Positions 32,116 to 39,206 of a DNA stretch of 39,206 bases are shown here, in pieces. Made by a program: the position numbers and the translations under genes. Position 1 is the stretch's first letter; each line of letters begins with the position of its first letter. The notes beneath the pieces are model-generated. The model was not told the DNA's origin, made no database searches, and worked only from the letters and a program-made list of their open reading frames with translations. This stretch comes from a virus (lineage: Duplodnaviria; Caudoviricetes), in IMG/VR virus record IMGVR_UViG_3300037755_000165, positions 1 to 39,206 of that record. One strand, written 5' to 3'.

Positions 32116-33624
32116 ATGGCCCAACTCTTTCAGGATGAAATGGCAGCCCTCGGGATCGCGGACACTGGGGCCGCGATGACAACCCCGGGCGCCGGCATTG
32201 GCATGGCTCCTGCTGCACAGCCGCAGAAAAGGTCCGGGTTCGACATGTTCATGGAAGGCGTTGGGGGCGCTGCCGCTGGTGCGCTTGGAAAACCGCTGCC
32301 GCATCAAGTACGCGCCGAAGCCGAGAGAAAGAAACGTACCCTGGAGTTGCAGGAACTGCAGTCCTTCACGAACGCCTTGGAGGAGGGCGTGAAGCTCACC
32401 GATGGCTTGGAGGGCCCGGAACGCGATACCTTCGTGAAGTCCTACAAGGAGCGGCTGAACGCCTTGGAAGGCGGGCTTGGGGACACCTATGAGGCTGCGA
32501 CGAAGCGCCCCGAGATGCTGACCAAGTTCCGGGAAGTCCTGCCGCACCTGCCTGAGCATCTTCGCAAGATGGCCGAGGCGAACCCGAAGGGCTTCCTGAA
32601 GTTCGCTGGTACGGCTGAGGGCGTGAAAGTAATGACCCAGGCTGACGACCAGCGGATCCTCTCTGGCGCCACGAAGAAGGTCCAGACGACGATGATGGGC
32701 CTGCAGCAGCTTATCAAGCCGGAGAAGCTGGCGGAATTCAACAAGGACGGGGTGCTGACGGCTTCGGAAATCCGGGAGATGCAGGCGGACCTGCCGGAAC
32801 CGCTTCGCCTGTCCGAACCGGAGATGCAGGCGATCGGCCGTAACGATGAGTCGTTCTGGACCAGCATGGGCGTGCTGTCCGGCAAGGGCGAGCAGGACTT
32901 GATGAAAAAGCGCGCAGGGAAGGTCGGAGAGGCGCCTAAGACGAGGACCGTTCGCCGCGGTGACAAGGAGATCACTCAGTCGTTCAAGGATGGGAAGTGG
33001 GTCGATGAGGAGTCCGGGCAAGCGTTCAAGCCGAGCGAAGGCGATACGGTGAGCGAATCCGACATCGTAGGCCGGGAGTTCAAGTTGTCCGATGACTATC
33101 GGGCCGACACGAAGAAGTTCGCCGAACGACGTCCGTTGTTCGATTCCGCGACCGACTACATGGCGAATCGCCCAGAAAGCAAGACTTCCTCTGGCGATGC
33201 GGCGCTGATGTTCGCCTACGCCAAGATGCGCGACCCGAACGACAGGCTGGCCGTGTCAGAGACTCGGGATCTGGTCAAACTCGGCAACATCTTCGAACGA
33301 TTCGGGGTGAGCGTGACCGGAGTCCTGGAGAAAGGCGAAACGCTGCCCGACCGTGTGGCCAAGGATATGTACGCGGAAATCCGGCGAGCCTTCACCGAGC
33401 AGAACAGGCAGCAGGCGAAGATCGAAGCCGACTACCGCAGGAAGACCACGGACTACAAGGGAAACCCTGATCGCGTGGTGAGGCCGCTCGCCATCCCGGA
33501 GGAGCAGTTGAACCCGAAGGGCGGTGGTGGTGAACCATCCCAAGCCGACCTGGAGTTCACCGCCAAGAAGCACGGCATCACGGTCGAGGAAGTGAAGCGC
33601 AGGCTCAAGGCGGGGAAAAAGTAA
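32116..33624 (+). CDS. Putative internal virion/ejection protein
   Basis: Helical 502-aa protein in the ejection-protein position; GDAALMFAYAKMRDP motif. Confidence 0.65.
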   Translation: MAQLFQDEMAALGIADTGAAMTTPGAGIGMAPAAQPQKRSGFDMFMEGVGGAAAGALGKPLPHQVRAEAERKKRTLELQELQSFTNALEEGVKLTDGLEGPERDTFVKSYKERLNALEGGLGDTYEAATKRPEMLTKFREVLPHLPEHLRKMAEANPKGFLKFAGTAEGVKVMTQADDQRILSGATKKVQTTMMGLQQLIKPEKLAEFNKDGVLTASEIREMQADLPEPLRLSEPEMQAIGRNDESFWTSMGVLSGKGEQDLMKKRAGKVGEAPKTRTVRRGDKEITQSFKDGKWVDEESGQAFKPSEGDTVSESDIVGREFKLSDDYRADTKKFAERRPLFDSATDYMANRPESKTSSGDAALMFAYAKMRDPNDRLAVSETRDLVKLGNIFERFGVSVTGVLEKGETLPDRVAKDMYAEIRRAFTEQNRQQAKIEADYRRKTTDYKGNPDRVVRPLAIPEEQLNPKGGGGEPSQADLEFTAKKHGITVEEVKRRLKAGKK

Positions 33625-36285
33625 ATGGCCGTCGATCTTCTCGCGGACGAGGAAGGTGTTGACTTGCTCGCAGGGGCATCCTCTGCACCAGCGACCGCTG
33701 ACCCTCTTTCCGAGAATCTGCGCAAGATCGACGAGCAGACGAGGGCCGAGTCGTTCGAGGAACCCGGCAACTTCTCCTACCTGTTCAACCGGCTGAAGAA
33801 GGGCTTTGCCGGGTTCATGGGGTTGCCCGGGGATGTCGTTCAGATGCTCAAGCCGACGCCGGAAAGCAGGCGAGCCAGGGCATCGAATCCGAACGAAACG
33901 ATGCCTGACGCAGAGCGCGAGTTGCTGCTGCGGCTGGCTGCCGAGGAGGAGGCCGAAGGACCGGCGACATCCTACGCAGGCCGCGTGCTGGAAAAGCCCA
34001 TTGCGACCAGTTCGGATTACCGGGAAATCCTCGGTGTGGACCCGGAGATGAAGACCGGCAAGGACTGGCTTCGCTATACCGGGGGTGTGGCAGAGATGGC
34101 CGGGGCTGGAGGGCCGTTTGGGCTTGCCGCGAAGCCCGCAACGCTGTTCCCGCTCGCCACTGGCATCACCGGGTCAGGGGTAGGCATGGAGGCCGGCGGG
34201 GACGTTGCCAGCGGTCTAGGATTGTCCAGGGAGGCCGGGGAGGCTGGTGGCGCTCTGGCCGGCGGGCTTGTCAGTGCCATCGCCCCGAATATGGCGGCGA
34301 AAGGTGCCGGAGCGCTCCGTCGCAAGTTCTCGCCCTCTGCCCAGAAGTCCCTTGCCGAGTCCGCAGCCAGCAAGGAAATCGGCCTGCAACTTGAATCCTA
34401 CCCGCCAGCCAAAGCGAACATCGCGCGCAGCCTGGAAGTCTCTGATGAGATGTCGAAGGCTGGCGCCGATTTCTCGCCGTCGCTTCCTGCCCGTAGTGGC
34501 TCCCCGGGATTGCTGGCAGAGGAAAAGCGCCTTGTCGCCCAAAGCCCAAGGACACTGAATAAAGCGGTCGAGCGGGTCGAGGAGAATCAGCAGGCCATCC
34601 GCAAATTCCTTGACGAGAAGTTCAAGCCTGTAGGTGGGCCTACTGCGGCGTCCAAGGTGGCGGCACTGCAGAAACAATCCGTTGTTCGGCTTGAGGGCAT
34701 GAAGGCGGCGATCGACGACAAGCTGGACGATGCCGTGCGGGTATTCGAGTCCAACCCGGATAACTTCGAAAATGGCAAGCGGCTCAGGGACCTGTTCTTC
34801 AAGCAAAAGGAAGTCTACTCGGGCATCCGCGGGCAGAAGTACCAAGCTGTCTATGAGGCCGCGGACCGCCTTGGCGTGAAGGCGAACATCGACGACGTGG
34901 TGCAGTACGCCGACGACGTGCTGAAGAACGAACTGAATGCCTACCAGGCATCCGAGATTCCCCCGGTGTTTCGGCAACTGACGAAGGAACTCACGGATGT
35001 CCCGGACGACCTGAAGGCGTTCGTTGCGAAGCAAGGTGGGCCGTCAGGCGAAGTGTCGTTCGCCAAACTGCACTCGCTCTACAAGCGCACGAACTCGGAC
35101 CTTGCCTCTCTGCGTGGCTCCATGTCGGCGGACAAGGACTTCAAGATCATGCTGCTGGAGGGTCTGAAGACCAAACTGAACGGCAAACTTGCCGCATTTG
35201 AAGCGGAAGGCTTCGGGGAAGTGGCCACGAAGCTGAAGGAGGCGAATCGCTTCTACGCCCAGGAGTACCTGCCTCGGTTCAAGCAGGGCTTCGGCGGGGA
35301 CATCGCGGCCAGGTATTCGACCGGGGAGTTCCGCACTGCTGACCAGATGATAACCGGCATGGTCACGAAGGCGAACAACACGCAGGCAGCCAAGGACTTC
35401 AAGCTGCTGTTCGATGACATCCCGGAAGCGCACCAAGCACTCAGGGCCGGGTATCTGGACGAGCTCTACCGCAATACCGGAGTCATCGGGAAGGACGGCC
35501 GTATCGTCCAGCGCTCCCTCGATACGTTCCTGCGTAAGCATGAACCGACCCTGAAGGAGTTTCCGGCCATCAAGACGGAACTGAAGCAACTGGCGTTGGA
35601 CAACGAGGCGTTGCTGGCTCGACGAGCTCACATAGTCGCTGCGGAGAAGAAACTGGCGGCGCAGGACTTGTTCAAGCTGTTCCAGGGCCGAGATCCTACC
35701 GTAGTCCTCACGGAAGCGGCCACGAAGCCCAATGTCATGCGAGCCCTCGCCTATCAAGCGAGAAAGGACCCGAACATGGCGAAAGGGCTTACTCGAGGAA
35801 TTGCCGAGCACGTTGCGCACCAGCCGGATCCTGCGGCCTTTCTCGCTGCCAATGAAGAAGCCATCCGCATCGGCTTGAAGCCCTTGGGGGATGAGCACTT
35901 CAAGAACCTGCAGGTAGCCGTAGAGGCCATGACGATCAACGCGAGGAACCCAGTCACCATGACTGTCGGCGCCGGCAGCATCTCGCCCGACCAGCTGGCA
36001 TCTGGCATCGGGAGTTCCCCGCGGGCACTGGTATCGGCCTACCTGAGCGTGCAGCGCGGCCGTACTGGGACTGAGCAGGAGGCTGCTGCCATTCTCGGGC
36101 GGTGGTTCGACAAGCTGCGCCGGGAGCACAAGCTGGTTGCGATGGAGGCGGTGTTCTACGACAAGGACACGGCCAGGGCTCTAGCGAACGTGGTCAAGAA
36201 CCCGCAGAGCGAAAAGGTCAACTTGGACTTCGTGACCCAGATGACTTCCCTCGGGGTTCGTGCGTCTGTGGCTATGCAGGAGTGA
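33625..36285 (+). CDS. Large internal virion/ejection protein
   Basis: 886 aa; Gly/Ala-rich hydrophobic segment (GGALAGGLV) followed by a long helical region. Confidence 0.7.
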   Translation: MAVDLLADEEGVDLLAGASSAPATADPLSENLRKIDEQTRAESFEEPGNFSYLFNRLKKGFAGFMGLPGDVVQMLKPTPESRRARASNPNETMPDAERELLLRLAAEEEAEGPATSYAGRVLEKPIATSSDYREILGVDPEMKTGKDWLRYTGGVAEMAGAGGPFGLAAKPATLFPLATGITGSGVGMEAGGDVASGLGLSREAGEAGGALAGGLVSAIAPNMAAKGAGALRRKFSPSAQKSLAESAASKEIGLQLESYPPAKANIARSLEVSDEMSKAGADFSPSLPARSGSPGLLAEEKRLVAQSPRTLNKAVERVEENQQAIRKFLDEKFKPVGGPTAASKVAALQKQSVVRLEGMKAAIDDKLDDAVRVFESNPDNFENGKRLRDLFFKQKEVYSGIRGQKYQAVYEAADRLGVKANIDDVVQYADDVLKNELNAYQASEIPPVFRQLTKELTDVPDDLKAFVAKQGGPSGEVSFAKLHSLYKRTNSDLASLRGSMSADKDFKIMLLEGLKTKLNGKLAAFEAEGFGEVATKLKEANRFYAQEYLPRFKQGFGGDIAARYSTGEFRTADQMITGMVTKANNTQAAKDFKLLFDDIPEAHQALRAGYLDELYRNTGVIGKDGRIVQRSLDTFLRKHEPTLKEFPAIKTELKQLALDNEALLARRAHIVAAEKKLAAQDLFKLFQGRDPTVVLTEAATKPNVMRALAYQARKDPNMAKGLTRGIAEHVAHQPDPAAFLAANEEAIRIGLKPLGDEHFKNLQVAVEAMTINARNPVTMTVGAGSISPDQLASGIGSSPRALVSAYLSVQRGRTGTEQEAAAILGRWFDKLRREHKLVAMEAVFYDKDTARALANVVKNPQSEKVNLDFVTQMTSLGVRASVAMQE

Positions 36286-36291
36286 CTAGGA

Positions 36292-36492
36292 ATGCGCCGC
36301 CAATCCCGGTCTGACGTGCTGCCGATCTACGGGGACGTGAAGTACGGCACTGGTGGGCGTACTCAGGGCAAGTTCGTCATGGGGGACGGCGAATCCAAGC
36401 CCGTCTACAACTTCCTGCTGCTGCAGGAGAACCGAATCCCAATCGCCCAGGAGGACGGGAAGCACATCTTCCTCGAGGACGCCAATGCCTAG
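36292..36492 (+). CDS. Small tail-associated hypothetical protein
   Basis: LLLQE...QEDG..IFLE motif; AGGAG upstream. Confidence 0.55.
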   Translation: MRRQSRSDVLPIYGDVKYGTGGRTQGKFVMGDGESKPVYNFLLLQENRIPIAQEDGKHIFLEDANA

Positions 36493-38215
36493 CAGCCCTC
36501 TCGGCGATCCGATTTCCTCGCTGACCGAGGCAACGAGTCTCGACGGCACGGAAACAGCCGCGGTTGTCCAGAACACCAAGACGAAGCGCAGCCTGCTGTC
36601 CACGATTGCCGATTACGTCATTCAGACGGCGACCTCCTTCGCCCAGTCCGGTAGTGCACCGAGGACGAGGACCGCAGAAGACAAACTGCGGGAATGGAAG
36701 TCGGTCCTCGATATTGCCGTCGCGCCCGATTCGGACGACTTCGCTACGGCCATCGCGGACTATGCCTGCGTCCTAGTCCCAGGAGATACGACCTACACGC
36801 TGGCAAGCGATGTGACAGTGACTTACGGCACGACTGTTTTGGTTATGCCTGGCGCAGTCCTGAGTGGCGCTGGATCGCTTTTGGAGGAGGGCGGCAGGGT
36901 CATCTACATGGACGAAGAAGCTCCGCTGATGTTCGACGATTTCACCGGCAACGGCGCTATCACTGGAAGAACGCCAACTTTCGGCACGAATACATGGGTC
37001 AAAAGCGGTGCGGGCGACGCATCAACAAGCGGCGGTGAACTCACCAGCAACGGGTCGAATGTCTACTGTATTCAGGACATGGACGAGACACCTTGGGAGC
37101 TTTCTGGGGTGTTCGAGATCACTACCACCACTGTCAGTGTAACGATGGCGTTCATCAGGGATTTCCCAGGCGATGCCCTAGATGATATGTGGCACGTGAG
37201 TCTAAACCTGACATCAGGAACGGGTCGCATTCGCGGGAGCTATTGGAAGAACACAGCGACCGACCAAACACCGCAGATGACCTCCGAGACAGAAGAGGTT
37301 ACGTTGGCAGCAGGCACCAAGTACCGAATGCGAGCCATCGTGGACGGGAAGTGGTCTTACGCTTCGATAGAGACACTTGCCGGGGCGGTCCTTTACTCGG
37401 TTGCGTATTACGAAGACGAAATCCCAAATGTCGTAGGGCCGTACGCTTTCTGGCAGATAGGCAGTGCCGGCTCTGATCTTGTATGGCATGAGGCGTCAGC
37501 TAGGGCCAAGCCAACCAGAAATACCCCTCGTGGTAGCTATGCGACATTCCAAGCAGGGATCGGCGGCACGCCAATAGGTCTGAATAACCCCGCGCCGATA
37601 CACACCAACTCACTTGCTGTCGGGATGCGGGCAAGGCCCAGAGCTAACGCGCTTTCCGTTCATTTTTCTGGCACTCAGTACCCGATCATATCTTCTGAAA
37701 ATATCCCTAGGATCAGGCTAAAGGCGACTGCAAACGCTTTTCAGCAGTCGCTGGACTTTGAGCAGTTTGGCGGGGCGGTGTCGAGGGTCTACAGCGCCGG
37801 TAACGCTAACGACATCAGGATCGAAACGAACGGTTTAGACAGATTCGTTTCCCCCTTTGCTACTGCAAGTCCAGATTACTTCGTGCGGGGGTACGTTTTA
37901 ACGGGCGGCTCCTCTGGTCAAGTAGTGAGCGGAGACAAAATTTCAGCCGACAAAGGCGATGCTGCGGCAACCCTGACCTTTGGTACTTCAGAAAAGACAA
38001 GCATCTGGAGTACGGAATTGTCAGCGGATCGTGCGGTTACGCTTGCTACCAGCGGCGTTCCGAACGGAGCAGAACTGGAAATCCTACGCCCGGCTGCGGG
38101 CGCATTCAACCTGAACGTAGGCACCGGACCTCTCTACGCGCTCGCCACTGGCGAGGCTTGCCGCGTGAAATTCAACGGGACAGCTTGGATCGCGGTACAG
38201 AAATGGACGATCTAG
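36485..38215 (+). CDS. Tail spike/receptor-binding protein
   Basis: ISSLTEAT anchor, RTAEDKLREWKSVLD linker, lectin-like central region, C-terminal ADRAVTL...KFNGTAW module. Confidence 0.7.
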   Translation: MPSSPLGDPISSLTEATSLDGTETAAVVQNTKTKRSLLSTIADYVIQTATSFAQSGSAPRTRTAEDKLREWKSVLDIAVAPDSDDFATAIADYACVLVPGDTTYTLASDVTVTYGTTVLVMPGAVLSGAGSLLEEGGRVIYMDEEAPLMFDDFTGNGAITGRTPTFGTNTWVKSGAGDASTSGGELTSNGSNVYCIQDMDETPWELSGVFEITTTTVSVTMAFIRDFPGDALDDMWHVSLNLTSGTGRIRGSYWKNTATDQTPQMTSETEEVTLAAGTKYRMRAIVDGKWSYASIETLAGAVLYSVAYYEDEIPNVVGPYAFWQIGSAGSDLVWHEASARAKPTRNTPRGSYATFQAGIGGTPIGLNNPAPIHTNSLAVGMRARPRANALSVHFSGTQYPIISSENIPRIRLKATANAFQQSLDFEQFGGAVSRVYSAGNANDIRIETNGLDRFVSPFATASPDYFVRGYVLTGGSSGQVVSGDKISADKGDAAATLTFGTSEKTSIWSTELSADRAVTLATSGVPNGAELEILRPAAGAFNLNVGTGPLYALATGEACRVKFNGTAWIAVQKWTI

Positions 38216-38266
38216 CCCCAGTGAACAACATCGGCGCAGTGAACAGCGAAGGATTGGACGACTGAT

Positions 38267-38608
38267 ATGACCGAAACCTTGAACCAAGCAAGCATCCTGC
38301 TCGTCCACTTGGCGGCATTCGTCGCGTGTATCTACCTGTGGAAGCGCGCGCCAGATCCAGTGCAGCGAGGCATCCTGATCGTGATCGCATCGGCCATGAT
38401 CGTCTACACCTTCTGCGACGGACTTACCCTCTACGGAGTCGGCAAGAACGGAAACAATTTCTTCGGCATCGACCGTGTTTGGAAGGTGAAGATATGGGCA
38501 GACGGATTCGCCCACTTCGCCGTCCTACTGTACCTCGCGCGGCAATGGTGGCTCACAACGGGCTTCTGCGCCGCGCTGAAGGAAGCGGAGGACCCCGGCG
38601 ATGCCTGA
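38267..38608 (+). CDS. Multi-pass membrane protein (holin/antiholin candidate)
   Basis: About three hydrophobic segments; upstream of the endolysin. Confidence 0.55.
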   Translation: MTETLNQASILLVHLAAFVACIYLWKRAPDPVQRGILIVIASAMIVYTFCDGLTLYGVGKNGNNFFGIDRVWKVKIWADGFAHFAVLLYLARQWWLTTGFCAALKEAEDPGDA

Positions 38609-38852
38609 AGCAGCGATTGCGACCGCCCAAGCCGTAGAGAAGCTGGGCATCATCGGAGTGCTCGCGCTCATCATCTTCCTCGTAGCCTATGCCGCCATTC
38701 ACTTCCGAAAGGAACTCATCTCTGCGCACCGGGAGAATACGACCCTGCGCCAGATGCTGCTGATCGTGAAGATCGCGGCGGACGGGGCGGGAGCCAAGTA
38801 CGACCTTGATGGGGTAGGAGACATCGAGAAAATGCTCAAGGTGAACTCATGA
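38601..38852 (+). CDS. Holin-like single-pass membrane protein
   Basis: TM segment LGIIGVLALIIFLVAYAAI followed by a coiled coil; GGAGG RBS. Confidence 0.6.
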   Translation: MPEAAIATAQAVEKLGIIGVLALIIFLVAYAAIHFRKELISAHRENTTLRQMLLIVKIAADGAGAKYDLDGVGDIEKMLKVNS

Positions 38853-39206
38853 ACATTCAGATCCTGAAGGCTCAACTGGTCAGGCACGAAGCTCTGCGAC
38901 TCAAGCCCTACAAGGACACCGAAGGCATCCTCACCATCGGCGTCGGCCGGAACCTGGAGAAAGGCATCACCGAGGTCGAGGCGATGGTGCTGCTCGACAA
39001 CGACATCATCAGCGTGTTCGATGACCTGGACCGCTACTGCCCGTGGTGGCGCAGGATGAGCGAGGCTAGGCAGCTAGTTCTCGCGGATATGTGCTTCAAC
39101 TTGGGCATCAAGCGGCTGATGGGGTTCATGAAAACCCTGTCTGCGATGCAAAGCGGGAGGTACGAGGTCGCGGCGGTTGAAATGCTGGACAGTCTGTGGG
39201 CCAAGC
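38849..39206 (+). CDS. Endolysin, GH24 (T4-lysozyme-like), truncated by the window end
   Basis: Hand translation MNIQILKAQLVRHEALRLKPYKDTEGILTIGVGRNL...DMCFNLG...EMLDSLWAK; E-x8-D-x5-T catalytic triad. Confidence 0.9.
   Translation, partial: MNIQILKAQLVRHEALRLKPYKDTEGILTIGVGRNLEKGITEVEAMVLLDNDIISVFDDLDRYCPWWRRMSEARQLVLADMCFNLGIKRLMGFMKTLSAMQSGRYEVAAVEMLDSLWAK

Noticed and set aside
495-36129. Long antisense or alternate-frame ORFs (e.g. 495-1217, 17948-18655, 23048-24169, 26742-27911, 35044-36129)
   Set aside because: Shadow ORFs expected opposite GC-rich genes; no motifs or RBS, and the other frame encodes recognisable phage proteins.
28860-38215. Diversity-generating retroelement or invertible tail-fibre system
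   Set aside because: No reverse transcriptase, no template/variable repeat pair and no invertase with inverted crossover sites seen.
1-39206. tRNA, rRNA or att core sites
   Set aside because: No cloverleaf or rRNA-like sequence recognised; both window ends lie inside genes, so att sites would be outside.

Overview
Near-complete genome of a GC-rich temperate tailed phage or prophage, probably with a proteobacterial host (inference from sigma70 promoters, an IHF site and the gene types). Left to right: truncated tyrosine integrase; leftward recombination operon (coiled-coil protein, PD-(D/E)XK exonuclease, putative single-strand annealing protein); lambda-like switch (XRE repressor without a peptidase domain, Cro, CII-position gene); replication initiator; DnaB with an Ala-starting class 3 LAGLIDADG intein; Ref-like and DUF559 nucleases; an inverted 5-gene early cassette with an ArdC-N-like gene; ~700 bp of non-coding DNA; HNH; TerS/TerL; portal; scaffold; major capsid; podovirus-type adaptor, nozzle, fibres and ejection proteins; and a lysis cassette cut off by the window end. 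The most notable signal is at 9.1-11.7 kb. There the inverted cassette has its own sigma70 promoter carrying the same 14-bp operator as the immunity region, a polar AACCCGG array, hairpins sharing a TTGCAG loop, and ssrA-like -AA ends on three proteins. It sits beside a probable packaging site, so it may be a repressor-controlled, first-injected anti-defence region. All product calls come from motif recognition by eye; no searches were run.
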